Shown: piece by piece, positions 1-9,489 of the stretch
How positions within the stretch are numbered: the first letter of the stretch is position 1
Layout of the letters: every line of letters starts with the position of its first letter
Assembly: GCA_017941635.1 (NCBI GenBank)
Contig: JAGAVZ010000107.1
Coordinates: forward strand, 1 to 32,000
Length of the DNA: 32,000 nt
Direction of reading: 5' to 3'
Origin: Cellulosilyticum sp.
Lineage (GTDB): Bacteria; Bacillota; Clostridia; Lachnospirales; Cellulosilyticaceae
The notes under the pieces: generated by a model
The model's database searches: none
Told to the model about the DNA's origin: nothing
The model's input: only the letters and a program-made list of their open reading frames with translations
Made by a program: the position numbers and the translations under genes

Positions 1-42
1 ATTTTGAATTTCTTGGACAGAATAATATTTGAGCTCTAACAT
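1..42 (-). CDS. 5' end (14 codons, MLELKYYSVQEIQN...) of an unidentified gene running off the left edge
   Basis: ATG at 42..40 with a GGGGGA Shine-Dalgarno 6 nt upstream. The frame is open to position 1. Too short to identify. Confidence 0.3.
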   Translation of the reverse strand, partial: MLELKYYSVQEIQN

Positions 43-169
43 GTGATGTCCCCCGTTTATTTATTGGTTGTAGGATAAGGATATCACATGATTAGGGCCA
101 ATTTTACTTGTAAATTTAACTAGCACAACTCGTTATCATAATCATTTTGTACTATGATAGAGACTTCTT

Positions 170-616
170 CTATAAGAAACACAAAATTGCTACTACTATT
201 CCAAGGATACCACCTGCTAATACTTGAATTGGTGTATGCCCTAAAATTTCTTTTAAACGCTCTTCTGGATTTAAATCTGGATTTTCTAATACTTCTATAA
301 TTTGATTAATGACAGCTGCTTGTCGCCCTGCTTCTAAACGAACATTGGCTGCATCGTACATCACAATAAAACTAAATACCATAGTAATCGCAAAATAGAC
401 GCTATCAAAACCATATAATAATCCTACACTTGTTGCTAAAGCCATTACAAATGAACTGTGTGAACTTGGCATCCCACCTGATGCCCATAACTTTGTAAAG
501 TCTAGGCGATTCTCTTGTAATAATGTAACGACTATTTTTAGAAACTGTGCAATAAACCAACTTAATATCGCTACCCATAAAATCTTATTATGAAATAGTT
601 CTGTTATAGCATTCAT
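170..616 (-). CDS. DUF212 / divergent PAP2-family membrane protein (YuiD-like)
   Basis: 148 aa with several hydrophobic segments and the family-typical GGMPSSHS motif. Starts 10 nt after the ispA stop. Confidence 0.85.
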   Translation of the reverse strand: MNAITELFHNKILWVAILSWFIAQFLKIVVTLLQENRLDFTKLWASGGMPSSHSSFVMALATSVGLLYGFDSVYFAITMVFSFIVMYDAANVRLEAGRQAAVINQIIEVLENPDLNPEERLKEILGHTPIQVLAGGILGIVVAILCFL

Positions 617-626
617 CTTTCCACCC

Positions 627-1502
627 TCAATTTCTTCTTTTGATCAGCTGCATGGCAATCTGCTCTAAAAGATAGGTATCCCCTTCTATTTGATCTAATA
701 AACGAACTGCTTTGCTCGTCATTTCTTCAGCAATTTGGTAACATTCTTCAATGCTATAAAAACTCAAATAGGTATTTTTATGATTTTCAGCATCGCTTCC
801 AATAGGTTTTCCTAATTCCTCCATAGTAGAAGTCGCATCTAATACATCATCTACTATTTGAAATACTTTACCTATGTATTTACCATATGCTTCAAGAAGG
901 CTAACTTCTCTTGCTGAGCCGCCACCTAAAACAGCTCCCATTTTTGTTGCTGCTGCAATTAATGCACCTGTTTTATTCAGATGAATGACATCTAATGTTT
1001 CTAAACTAATTTCTTTATTTTCACTTTCCATATCTAGCACTTGTCCACCAATCATGCCTTCTACACCACTTGCTTCACTTAAAATACAAGCTGCATGTAG
1101 ACGCTCCTGTCCACCATGTGCTAAGGCATCACAAAGCATAATATGGAACGCCTCTGTTAAAAGCCCATCTCCTGCTAAAATAGCAATCGCTTCACCAAAC
1201 ACCTTATGGTTTGTGAGTCTACCTCTACGATAATCATCATTATCCATGGCTGGCAAATCATCATGAATCAGTGAATACGTATGAATCATCTCTATTGCAC
1301 ATAAATAGGCATCAATAGATTCTTTACCTCCAACTGCTTCATAGCAAAGTTGCATTAAAGTAGGTCTTGTTCTCTTACCACCAGCTTCTATGCTATAATG
1401 CATGGCATCATAAATCGTTTTAAAATATCCAGCTTTATGAGGTAAATACTTAGAAAATGCTGTATTGATTTTCGAGGTATAAGCACTTAAATCTACTGAC
1501 AT
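627..1502 (-). CDS. ispA: Farnesyl/geranylgeranyl diphosphate synthase (polyprenyl synthetase)
   Basis: Both aspartate-rich motifs are present (LIHDDLPAMDNDDYRRG and FQIVDDVLD). Conserved position after xseB. The start shares 1 nt with the xseB stop (TAATG). Confidence 0.9.
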   Translation of the reverse strand: MSVDLSAYTSKINTAFSKYLPHKAGYFKTIYDAMHYSIEAGGKRTRPTLMQLCYEAVGGKESIDAYLCAIEMIHTYSLIHDDLPAMDNDDYRRGRLTNHKVFGEAIAILAGDGLLTEAFHIMLCDALAHGGQERLHAACILSEASGVEGMIGGQVLDMESENKEISLETLDVIHLNKTGALIAAATKMGAVLGGGSAREVSLLEAYGKYIGKVFQIVDDVLDATSTMEELGKPIGSDAENHKNTYLSFYSIEECYQIAEEMTSKAVRLLDQIEGDTYLLEQIAMQLIKRRN

Positions 1503-1726
1503 TAGCTTTCCCCCTCTTCAAACTTTTTATAATGGTTCTCTTCATACACATATATTTCCTGTTCTGCTTTTTTGAGTACTTCCATACAATAGGCCGCTAA
1601 ATCCATACCCCTTTTATACTCAGCAATACTTTCTTCCAATGTAATATCGCCATCTTCTAAGCGTTTTACGCTTGTTTCAAGTTCTGCAATTGCTTCTTCA
1701 AAATTCTTTTCTGATTTTTTCACCAC
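1502..1726 (-). CDS. xseB: Exodeoxyribonuclease VII small subunit
   Basis: 74-aa helical protein (FEEAIAELE..VKRLEDGDITLEESI..Y.RG) immediately after xseA. Confidence 0.9.
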   Translation of the reverse strand: MVKKSEKNFEEAIAELETSVKRLEDGDITLEESIAEYKRGMDLAAYCMEVLKKAEQEIYVYEENHYKKFEEGES

Positions 1727-1731
1727 TGTCT

Positions 1732-2928
1732 TTACTCCTTTTCACACACTTTTGCTTTAAAACAGCCATCTGTTACTGTAATTTCTACCTCATCTCCAGG
1801 CTGAACATCTTTAATTGATTTCACTAAGTGTTCTTTCTGACTTACTAAGCTATAACCTCTTTTTAAGGTATTCAGTGGTGATAATCTTTCTAAATTATGC
1901 ACTGCAATCTCATAGCGTTTCTGATGAAGTTGTAATCCTCTTTCATAAGCACGTAATAAGTCGCGATAATAATCGTCAACTTCTTGCATTTTTGTTTTAT
2001 AAAACAGGTCTTTCTTTACAAATACAGGGCGAGAAGTAATATATTCTAACTGATGTCTAGCCGCTTTTGTTTTTGCTTCCATTTGCATAGCAATTCTTCG
2101 CTTATTGCCAAGAATCATCTCTAAAAGTTCCTTTTGAGATGGTATAACTAACTCTGCTGCTGCTGAAGGCGTCGCTGCTCTCTTATCACTTACAAAATCA
2201 GAAATTGTAAAATCTACTTCATGTCCTACTGCTGATACAACAGGAATCTCAGATGCTGCAATGGCTCTTGCTACTGCTTCTTCATTAAAAGCCCATAAAT
2301 CCTCTATAGAACCTCCACCACGTCCTAGAATAATCACATCTACACGTTTTTCGATATTGGCAACACGCAGCGCCTCTACAATTTCAGAGACTGCATATTC
2401 CCCTTGGACATGAGTTGGATAAATTGTAAGGGGGATACTTGGATTTCTACGTCCTGCTACTTGAATAATATCTCTCACCGCTGCACCTGTTTGTGAAGTA
2501 ATGACACCCACATGCTTTGGAAAATTAGGCAAAGGTTTCTTTAAGCTTTCATCAAAAAGACCTTCTGCTTGAAGCTTTGTCTTCAGTCTTTCAAACTGCT
2601 CATATAGAAGTCCCTTCCCTTGTTTCTCTACATCGAAAACATATGCTTGATAGGCACCTGTTTTCTCATAAATTGTCACACGTACTCTTGCATAAATCTT
2701 CATGCCCTCTTCTAAACGAAAAGAAAGACGCCTAGCATCTCTTTCAAACATCACTGCTTGAAGACTTGCTCGTGCATCTTTTATCGTAAAATAAACATGA
2801 CCAGAATGGTGGTATTTGCAGTTAGACACCTCGCCTTGAAGCCAAAGATCGCCTAATGTATAATCCTCTTCTATTAATCGACTTACATATTGATTAACTT
2901 CCCATACCGATACAATTTTTCTTTTCAT
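1732..2928 (-). CDS. xseA: Exodeoxyribonuclease VII large subunit
   Basis: 398 aa with the characteristic ILGRGGGSIEDLWAFNEE motif. xseA-xseB pairing. Confidence 0.92.
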   Translation of the reverse strand: MKRKIVSVWEVNQYVSRLIEEDYTLGDLWLQGEVSNCKYHHSGHVYFTIKDARASLQAVMFERDARRLSFRLEEGMKIYARVRVTIYEKTGAYQAYVFDVEKQGKGLLYEQFERLKTKLQAEGLFDESLKKPLPNFPKHVGVITSQTGAAVRDIIQVAGRRNPSIPLTIYPTHVQGEYAVSEIVEALRVANIEKRVDVIILGRGGGSIEDLWAFNEEAVARAIAASEIPVVSAVGHEVDFTISDFVSDKRAATPSAAAELVIPSQKELLEMILGNKRRIAMQMEAKTKAARHQLEYITSRPVFVKKDLFYKTKMQEVDDYYRDLLRAYERGLQLHQKRYEIAVHNLERLSPLNTLKRGYSLVSQKEHLVKSIKDVQPGDEVEITVTDGCFKAKVCEKE

Positions 2929-2930
2929 GA

Positions 2931-3350
2931 CTAAGCCTCAGTTTCTTTAATCACACTACCTAAAATACCATTAATAAACTTAGGAGATTTTTCAGTACTA
3001 AATACCTTTGCAATTTCAACAGCTTCATTAACTGCTACTTTTTGTGGTACATCTGTAAATTTAAGTTCATAAATCGCAAGACGAAGAATGCTTAAATCTA
3101 CTTTTACAATACGTCCAAACGACCAGTTTGTTGCACTATTTTGAATAATTGCATCAATCTCTGTAAGATGATCGTATACACCAAAGTAAAGTGATTCCAT
3201 AAAGTTAATGACTGCTTTATTGTTTTTCTTTTCTTCTGGTGTCATCTCTTCTATTTTATCGTAAAAAATACGTTCTCTTTCAGTCTCGTCGTGAAAGCTC
3301 CCTTCATATAACATTTGCATCACGATTTCTCTTGCATTACGTCTAGTCAT
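2931..3350 (-). CDS. nusB: Transcription antitermination factor NusB
   Basis: 139 aa with the N-terminal RRNAREIVMQMLYE signature. Conserved position upstream of xseA. Confidence 0.92.
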   Translation of the reverse strand: MTRRNAREIVMQMLYEGSFHDETERERIFYDKIEEMTPEEKKNNKAVINFMESLYFGVYDHLTEIDAIIQNSATNWSFGRIVKVDLSILRLAIYELKFTDVPQKVAVNEAVEIAKVFSTEKSPKFINGILGSVIKETEA

Positions 3351-3414
3351 TATATCCTCCTTAAAAATAAAGCTAACTCCTTAATTTGTACGGGACGTTA
3401 GCTTCTCCTATCTA

Positions 3415-3795
3415 TTAGGCTTCTTGTTCTTTGTCAAATTGTACGCCAACTACATGAATGTTGACTGAAACAACATTTAGCCCTGTCATTGTCTCAACTG
3501 AATTTTTAACTTTCTCTTGAGCTTCTTTACAGATTTTTTGAATCTTAGCACCATATTTTACAACAACGCCAAGATCAATAAGTGCGTCACCTTCACTTAC
3601 TTCAACTTTTACACCTTTTGGCTTTTTCTTACCACTAATCACTTGGATTAGGTCACCTTTGCCAGCTGTAGTACCAACGATTCCATCTACTTCTAATGCT
3701 GCGATTTCTGCAACAACAGCAATAACATCATCTGCAATGTGTACTTGATCTACATCAGTAGTTGTTTCTAGTGCAATTACATTTTGCTCGTCCAT
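3415..3795 (-). CDS. Asp23/Gls24-family alkaline shock protein (YqhY-like)
   Basis: 126 aa with the family-typical I.DDVIAVVAEIAALEVDGIVG segment. Same position as B. subtilis yqhY upstream of nusB. Confidence 0.85.
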   Translation of the reverse strand: MDEQNVIALETTTDVDQVHIADDVIAVVAEIAALEVDGIVGTTAGKGDLIQVISGKKKPKGVKVEVSEGDALIDLGVVVKYGAKIQKICKEAQEKVKNSVETMTGLNVVSVNIHVVGVQFDKEQEA

Positions 3796-3836
3796 ATCTA
3801 TACCTCCTATAGGTCATCATCTATACTTATGTTTTT

Positions 3837-3865
3837 ATTATATACAAAAAATACAAGCCTTGCAA
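3837..3865 (-). promoter_or_regulatory. Putative sigma-A promoter for the asp23-nusB-xseAB-ispA unit
   Basis: On the minus strand: TTGCAA (3865..3860), 17-nt spacer, TATAAT (3842..3837). An A8 tract sits immediately upstream (UP-element-like). About 40 nt before the asp23 ATG. Confidence 0.45.
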
Positions 3866-3974
3866 TTTTTTTTACCTTTTACAAACCATTTTCAGGAAAT
3901 TTCAAATCTATATGATGTTCTCCTATTTTAAGTATCCCCATTTCCCAGAAATTATAACAATCCCTCATTAAAAC

Positions 3975-4012
3975 AATAAAAAACTGCATGTACATTGTAC
4001 AAGCAGCTTTTT
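3975..4012 (-). terminator. Rho-independent terminator after spoIIIAH
   Basis: Minus strand reads AAAAAGCTGCTTGTACAATGTACATGCAGTTTTTTATTGTTTT. The stem has 9 bp with 1 mismatch (3984..4006), followed by a T-run. It lies about 30 nt after the stop codon. Confidence 0.55.
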
Positions 4013-4040
4013 GATTGAGATTTTATATCTTTCTTCTAGC

Positions 4041-4751
4041 TTAGTTCTTTGCAACACCATTTAATGGTGTAATGTTAATTTTACCAATACTGTAACCTGT
4101 CTTACGATTTACAATCTCTTCGATTTGAGCAATCTCAGAATCTGTAAGCTCTGCTTTATTCACAACAACATCTACTGTATCATCATCAATACGTACATAA
4201 ACTTCATTGAAACCTTTTGCTTTTAATAATGCTTCTGCACTATTTTCTTTTTCGATTCTTTCTTGAATTTCAATAAGGTTTGCTGCTGCTTTAGACTTTG
4301 CATCTTGGTCTAGGTTTTCGTTTGCTACATATTCTGTTAATTGTTCAACTTGTTGGGCACGACTTTGCTCTCTTAAAAGTTTTTCTTCAGCAAAATAACT
4401 CTCTTCTAGATTTTTACTTGCTGCTACATCGGTTCCTGAAAGTGCCTCTTCTGATTTTTTAGTAATCGTTGCGGTAATACTTTCTACATCTGTTGCATCT
4501 TGCATACTAAGCTCAGTTGAATCTGCTACAACACCTTCCTGACTTGGATCCACAACACCACTTGCATCTACAATTTGTTCATCATAACCAGAGAAAAAAT
4601 CGATTTCTTCTGGTGCTGTAATCTCCGTGCTATCTGCTACGTTAGTAGATTGAAAACTAGTTGGTGTCTCTTGCGTATTAAGATACGCTGCAATAGCAAT
4701 CATAAAAACGAGTACGGTAATAATGACTTGATTTCTCTTCAAATTAAACAT
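4041..4751 (-). CDS. spoIIIAH: Stage III sporulation protein AH
   Basis: Last gene of the spoIIIA cluster. N-terminal TM segment, acidic linker, and a C-terminal domain ending ..KAKGFNEVYVRIDDDTVDVVVN...INITP as in SpoIIIAH. Confidence 0.8.
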   Translation of the reverse strand: MFNLKRNQVIITVLVFMIAIAAYLNTQETPTSFQSTNVADSTEITAPEEIDFFSGYDEQIVDASGVVDPSQEGVVADSTELSMQDATDVESITATITKKSEEALSGTDVAASKNLEESYFAEEKLLREQSRAQQVEQLTEYVANENLDQDAKSKAAANLIEIQERIEKENSAEALLKAKGFNEVYVRIDDDTVDVVVNKAELTDSEIAQIEEIVNRKTGYSIGKINITPLNGVAKN

Positions 4752-4761
4752 ACTTTCCCTC

Positions 4762-5304
4762 CTAATTTTTCTTTTTCTCTACAGAAATTTTATGTACTGG
4801 AACATCTAATAACTTTGAAACAGCTTCAGTAATTTGATTCTTGACTGCGCTATTATCTGCTCCTTCGGCTAATATAAACACACCTCTAATTTGTGGTGCA
4901 TACTCTTTTACAACATATGGTGTATTCCCATTTTGTAAAACCACATCATTTGTTTGTTGCATACTGTCTGTCACTCTTGTGCCACCTGCTTGGTCTTTTT
5001 CCTCTGATCTTTGTGAATTACAAGATCTATCTTCTGCAAGTATCTTTTCTTCATTAGACTCAATGGTCACCATCACACTTACAGCACCTGCACCTTCCAT
5101 TTTGCTTAGCATATTCGTCAGCTTCTTTTCTAGAGCTGTAGAATAATCTTCCTCATTACTCGTAGCAACCTGTTTAATCGTTGTGGTGATCGGTTGACTT
5201 TGTTTATTATTAAGCGGTAAAAAGGTTAGTCCAATTACAAGTACAACTGCAAGTACCAATGCGATTACAAACTTTTTATTCTTCTCTTCCTTTGTCCATT
5301 TCAT
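4762..5304 (-). CDS. spoIIIAG: Stage III sporulation protein AG
   Basis: The C-terminus PQIRGVFILAEGADN...ITEAVSKLLDVPVHKISV closely parallels B. subtilis SpoIIIAG. Start moved to ATG 5304 (MKWTKEE..), which has an upstream GGAGGGGAG. The track ORF extends to 5388 and would overlap spoIIIAF. Confidence 0.8.
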   Translation of the reverse strand: MKWTKEEKNKKFVIALVLAVVLVIGLTFLPLNNKQSQPITTTIKQVATSNEEDYSTALEKKLTNMLSKMEGAGAVSVMVTIESNEEKILAEDRSCNSQRSEEKDQAGGTRVTDSMQQTNDVVLQNGNTPYVVKEYAPQIRGVFILAEGADNSAVKNQITEAVSKLLDVPVHKISVEKKKN

Positions 5305-5332
5305 AAATCCATCACCCACATGCTCCCCTCCT

Positions 5333-5884
5333 TTAATTCTTTTGTACTGTAATATATATATTCTGAACTTGTACATTATAGAAGTCATTGAGACAAGTTT
5401 TTATTTTATTTTTTAATTTTTCTTCGTCTCCATCTACAGTTTTGCTTTTATCCCCTATATGAATTGTGCCAATCTCTATGGGTGCGTTTGATTCTCCAAC
5501 AATTAAATCAATGCGTTCTATATTTCCTTGTTCTACTGTAAGTCTTAGATCCAGAACACTTACCTCTACCTGCTGCTCAATATATTGTTTCATAGATGTT
5601 TGATAAAAACTTTCCAAACTAGCTTGTTGATCTTCTAACTGATTTTCATATAATGACTGCCCATCTTCAATCATCCCTAGAGTCTGCTGATATTTTTCCA
5701 CATAATCCTTATAAGTTGAACCATCTACTCGTATTAAACTCAAAATAGGTTGTAACATGGTATAAAGCAAAATACACCCTAATACCAACTTAAGATACTT
5801 CTTATATGCTAGGTCAGGAAAGATCATTTCGATGACAATCACAAAAAGCATCATCCAAATTAAATACTGTAAGTACTCACTCAT
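5333..5884 (-). CDS. spoIIIAF: Stage III sporulation protein AF
   Basis: The N-terminal double-TM region (LIWMMLFVIVIEMIFP...KYLKLVLGCILLYTMLQPI) parallels SpoIIIAF. Position in the operon fits. Confidence 0.8.
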   Translation of the reverse strand: MSEYLQYLIWMMLFVIVIEMIFPDLAYKKYLKLVLGCILLYTMLQPILSLIRVDGSTYKDYVEKYQQTLGMIEDGQSLYENQLEDQQASLESFYQTSMKQYIEQQVEVSVLDLRLTVEQGNIERIDLIVGESNAPIEIGTIHIGDKSKTVDGDEEKLKNKIKTCLNDFYNVQVQNIYITVQKN

Positions 5885-5896
5885 CCCTTCCCCTCC

Positions 5897-7120
5897 TTAC
5901 ACACCTGCTGCTGAAATAGACATACAAATCATAATGGCACAAATACCAAACAAGACAACAATGCCTGCACTACTCATAATAAATTGACAACCTTTTCCTA
6001 GCTTAGTAGCAATGCTTGCCATCTTTTTATCCCCCATTGGCTCTATAACAGCACCTGCAACTTGATAAATACATACATAAGCCAGAAGTTTAATCATTGG
6101 AATGCTGGCTAAAACTAGAATCCATATGATGATACCTCCACCAAAGGTGTTCTTAATTAATGTAGAAATATTAGTAATAAATTCAACACTTCCACCAATG
6201 GCATTACCAACAACAGGAATAAAAGCACTAGAAAATTTAACAGTTGCACTCTTAGCAGTCGTATCTACTCCAGTTATTGTAAATCGATATAGACTTAATA
6301 AACCTACACTAACACCTAATACACTCGTAAGTCCCCATTTAATACCTTTATAGAATAAACCAATCAACTTATTCACCTTAAACTCTTCACTCATTGAACT
6401 TACAATTTCTAGTACAACTACAGAAATAATACATGGTAATACAATCACTTTAACCAAATATGAAAGCAAATTAAGTGTTGAAATAATAACAGGTGCCATC
6501 ATACCAGCTGATAAATTAAAACCGCTTGTCGCCATAAAGGCTAACATAATCGGAATAACCACCATCATTAAATGGGTCACTTGATCAATCAAGTTAGTAG
6601 CAAGTTCAATCATGACCCTAAAAGACTGAATAACACTGAGCAAAATGGCCATATAGCATACAAAAAAAGCAACCTTACTTGTATTCTTGGATTTAAATGC
6701 ACTACTTAAGGTCTGCAAAAGGTTACAAAGTAATACAATCAAAATAAAACGTGCCCCCAATTGAAGAAATACCCCAATCTCACTTAGTAAAATCCCACCC
6801 ACATAAGCAAGCACACTACCAACTGTAATACCTGCATCCCCTTGTATAAGTTTTTGCATCTCACTTTTTAAATCAAAAGAGATATCTTTTGGCATGGCAT
6901 CTGCTAATTCTTCTTGCAAGGCATTGATGCTGTCCCAATCTAATAAGTTAATACCATAATCTATAATCTGCTGCTCACTTATTTGGTTTTGCGTTTCTTC
7001 TTTTCCTATTTCAATTGGTCTAATATCTTCTACTTCATTTGCTTGTACCCTTAACCCAAAACAAAAAAAGGTTAAAACCATCAGTACACTATACCATATG
7101 ATTTTCTTTCGTTGTTTCAT
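5897..7120 (-). CDS. spoIIIAE: Stage III sporulation protein AE (polytopic membrane protein)
   Basis: Signal-like N-terminus followed by many TM segments. Start set at ATG 7120 (MKQRKK..), with GGGGAGG 6 nt upstream and lying after the spoIIIAD stop at 7134. The track ORF begins at a TTG at 7150. Confidence 0.88.
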   Translation of the reverse strand: MKQRKKIIWYSVLMVLTFFCFGLRVQANEVEDIRPIEIGKEETQNQISEQQIIDYGINLLDWDSINALQEELADAMPKDISFDLKSEMQKLIQGDAGITVGSVLAYVGGILLSEIGVFLQLGARFILIVLLCNLLQTLSSAFKSKNTSKVAFFVCYMAILLSVIQSFRVMIELATNLIDQVTHLMMVVIPIMLAFMATSGFNLSAGMMAPVIISTLNLLSYLVKVIVLPCIISVVVLEIVSSMSEEFKVNKLIGLFYKGIKWGLTSVLGVSVGLLSLYRFTITGVDTTAKSATVKFSSAFIPVVGNAIGGSVEFITNISTLIKNTFGGGIIIWILVLASIPMIKLLAYVCIYQVAGAVIEPMGDKKMASIATKLGKGCQFIMSSAGIVVLFGICAIMICMSISAAGV

Positions 7121-7133
7121 AGGTAACCTCCCC

Positions 7134-7526
7134 TTATATGAGATCTGCAATGAGATTCATCAATGCCAAAATAACAGGTGTGGCAACTACAAAAATCATC
7201 ACTTTACCTGCCCACTGTATTTTGCCCCCAATTGCCTTCTCTCCTGCATCCTCACAAAGTTGTGAGCCAAACTCAGCCAAATAGGCAATCGCCACAACTT
7301 TTAACACAATATTTAAATAGGTATCATCCATATGTAATTTAACTGCTAAATCCTTAATAACCTGATATACACTGCCTAGTTGAGAAATAATAAAAATCAT
7401 CATCATGATAACCGTTGCCATACGAATTAAATCGCCATAAGCCTTAGCATTACCACCATAGTAGTTAACAAGCTGAATAAGCAGTGTAGCCGTTAAACCA
7501 AATGCTATAATCTTCAGTATTTCCAC
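7134..7526 (-). CDS. spoIIIAD: Stage III sporulation protein AD
   Basis: 130 aa. The central IAYLAEFGSQLCEDAGEKAIGGKIQWAGK segment matches the SpoIIIAD signature (IAYIAEFGAQL.KDAG). Confidence 0.88.
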   Translation of the reverse strand: MEILKIIAFGLTATLLIQLVNYYGGNAKAYGDLIRMATVIMMMIFIISQLGSVYQVIKDLAVKLHMDDTYLNIVLKVVAIAYLAEFGSQLCEDAGEKAIGGKIQWAGKVMIFVVATPVILALMNLIADLI

Positions 7527-7538
7527 CTATATCCCTCC

Positions 7539-7733
7539 TTACATAGAGAAGGTTTGTACAACCTGAAAAAGCTGTGTGACATAATTTAAAATGAGTAGTA
7601 ACCCCATAATGACTCCCACTACTGAAATAGGGAACTTCCACTCCTTAGCCCCTACACTATCTAGCAACATATTTAGTATCGCCACACAAATTCCTAATCC
7701 TGCAAGCTTAAAAATCACTGAGAAATCAAACAT
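7539..7733 (-). CDS. spoIIIAC: Stage III sporulation protein AC
   Basis: 64 aa with two TM segments. VIFKLAGLGICVAILNMLLD parallels B. subtilis SpoIIIAC. RBS is GAAGGAGGAG. Confidence 0.88.
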   Translation of the reverse strand: MFDFSVIFKLAGLGICVAILNMLLDSVGAKEWKFPISVVGVIMGLLLILNYVTQLFQVVQTFSM

Positions 7734-7848
7734 ACTATCTCCTCCTTCTTTCTTCTCTCCTGAATAAATACTAAGTCTATATTGCCTCCTTAACTTGTCT
7801 CAACTAATATAAAATTCATATGCAACGCTAAGTCTTTTTATGAATATA

Positions 7849-8373
7849 CTACAGCAAGAAAATCACAATAGCCGCCCCTAATAATACCCCTAATGATTTA
7901 TTGAGCTTACTACAGCGTTCATACTTTTCTGCTGATAGTTTCTTTTCATGTGCTAGTTTTTCAATAACAAAATCTAAATTTCTTTTTTGCATATTTTTGT
8001 CTAAGTAGCCACAAGCATTACTAAAGCTTTCTAATATTTCATAATCTGTCTCTTTTAAATGAAGCTTACCTTTATACGTTTCTAATGCACTCTTCCACAT
8101 TTCATTTAAATCTGCACTTTCTTTCGCTTCCAACTCTTTTGCAAATTGATCAAAGATTTGTCCTATCCCTTTTTGATCTCTCTGGCTAATTTGTTTGCAA
8201 GCCTCTTTTAAAGGTGTGAGCTGATAATCAATTTCCCCTCTTAATAAGCCAAATAAATACTCAAAACTTTCTAATTGTTTGATGCGTTTCCTTTGATCTT
8301 CATCAACCCATATCCCCATTAAACTGCAAATCACAAAGATTACTGCTAAAATGATTCCCTTCATGATTTTCAT
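7849..8373 (-). CDS. spoIIIAB: Stage III sporulation protein AB
   Basis: N- and C-terminal TM segments flank a helical domain. Position between spoIIIAA and spoIIIAC. An alternative start at 8364 (MKGII..) has better SD spacing. Confidence 0.8.
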   Translation of the reverse strand: MKIMKGIILAVIFVICSLMGIWVDEDQRKRIKQLESFEYLFGLLRGEIDYQLTPLKEACKQISQRDQKGIGQIFDQFAKELEAKESADLNEMWKSALETYKGKLHLKETDYEILESFSNACGYLDKNMQKRNLDFVIEKLAHEKKLSAEKYERCSKLNKSLGVLLGAAIVIFLL

Positions 8374-8396
8374 CCCCTTTAGTTGATTTTATTTCT

Positions 8397-9335
8397 TTAT
8401 CCTATTTGTCTCATCCCTTTTGACCCATCTAAAATAGCTTCTACAGTACAAGGTCCTTGTCTATGAGACAAAATAATAATTCTTTCAAATAATCCTTCTT
8501 CTAGGAGTTCACTTAAATAGGGCCTTCTTAAACATTCTTTTTCATCTTTACCATGCACAGTACACATCAGCGTTACACCTGCACTTAATATTTCTTGTAA
8601 TGCCTCACAATCTGCTCCTTTCCCAATCTCATCTACCGCAATCACTTGGGGAGCCATTGCCCTCAGCAGCATTCTCATCCCTTCCACCTTTGGACATCCA
8701 TCCAATACATCTGTATGTTTTCCTAAATGATTTTGTGGAACCCCTTGATAGCAAGCTGCAATCTCTGAACGTTCATCTACAACCCCTACGGTATAAGGCC
8801 CATATCCTTTAAACCCTTCACTGAGTTGATAAATCATATCTCTTAATAAGGTTGTCTTGCCACAACCAGGTGGTGACACTATTAGTGTATGATAAACCTT
8901 GTCCCTTCCTACAACATAAGGCATGACTCTTTCACTACACCCCAATACCTCATGGGCAATTCTAATATTCATTCCACTTACAAATCGCAAAGTTTTAATT
9001 CGACTATTTTCCAATACAACCTTGCCTACTAATCCTACACGATGCCCACCTTCTAGTGTCATAAATCCTTGTCTCAACTCATCTTCTATGGCATATAGGG
9101 AGAAATCACTCATACAATGTAAAATATCATTCATCTCCTGCTTTGTGACTTCTATGCCATTTCCTAATGCACAACACCCTTGCTCATTTAAACCATATTC
9201 TTGTCCATTTATTTTTAAAATTAACGGCTGGTTTACGCGTAGACGAATTTCCTGTAGACTCTTCTCTTGAGCCTTTGTTAGACTTTCCAAACCTATTTTT
9301 ATTCTTCTGGACATGACACCTAAAAGTGCTTTCAT
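8397..9335 (-). CDS. spoIIIAA: Stage III sporulation protein AA (AAA-type ATPase)
   Basis: 312 aa with Walker A SPPGCGKTTLLRD and Walker B-like VIAVDEIG. First gene of the cluster. RBS is AAGGAGGAAG. Confidence 0.9.
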   Translation of the reverse strand: MKALLGVMSRRIKIGLESLTKAQEKSLQEIRLRVNQPLILKINGQEYGLNEQGCCALGNGIEVTKQEMNDILHCMSDFSLYAIEDELRQGFMTLEGGHRVGLVGKVVLENSRIKTLRFVSGMNIRIAHEVLGCSERVMPYVVGRDKVYHTLIVSPPGCGKTTLLRDMIYQLSEGFKGYGPYTVGVVDERSEIAACYQGVPQNHLGKHTDVLDGCPKVEGMRMLLRAMAPQVIAVDEIGKGADCEALQEILSAGVTLMCTVHGKDEKECLRRPYLSELLEEGLFERIIILSHRQGPCTVEAILDGSKGMRQIG

Positions 9336-9437
9336 GGCCCTTCCTCCTTTGCATTAATATCAATTTAATATATGCTCAAGTTGGACTAGCTAGAACAAAA
9401 ATATAAAGCTTCTATTTTTAAACACCTATTTATGCAT

Positions 9438-9475
9438 AAAAAAAGAGACATTATCGAAATAATGTCTCTTTTTTT
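9438..9475 (-). terminator. Rho-independent (bidirectional-looking) terminator after efp
   Basis: Perfect 11-bp stem AGAGACATTAT/ATAATGTCTCT (9444..9454 and 9459..9469) with a 4-nt loop, flanked by an A6 tract and a T6-7 tract. It begins 15 nt after the efp stop. Confidence 0.7.
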
Positions 9476-9489
9476 ATGCAGGCCTAGAA

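Noticed and set aside
3370-3404. Hairpin between the asp23-family gene and nusB as an attenuator or terminator
   Set aside because: It has only an 8-bp stem (AAGCTAAC/GTTAGCTT) with a 19-nt loop. The T-run that follows merges into the nusB SD. It is unlikely to be an efficient terminator.
5305-5388. N-terminal extensions of track ORFs (spoIIIAG to 5388, spoIIIAE to 7150, pilN to 19658, 392-aa pilin to 17838, pilA to 22661, pilB to 25582, NifU-like to 28395, yqeG to 12865)
   Set aside because: The longest-ORF starts lack SD sequences, use TTG/GTG codons, or overlap the upstream gene. Internal starts have well-spaced SDs and give N-termini that match the families. The start choices remain predictions.
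7784-7792. Orphan strong SD-like TAAGGAGGC in the 115-bp spoIIIAB-spoIIIAC gap, as a sign of a hidden small gene
   Set aside because: There is no ATG, GTG or TTG within 4-12 nt downstream. The in-frame upstream extension of spoIIIAC hits a TAA at this very site. The only small ORF nearby (9 codons, MNFILVETS) has no SD.
9336-9437. Sigma-E-type promoter for spoIIIAA
   Set aside because: A -10-like CATATATT lies 31 nt before the ATG, but I could not find a properly spaced -35 (an ATA-containing element 13-17 nt upstream). The palindromic CTAGCTAG nearby has no known meaning to me. This is too weak to annotate.
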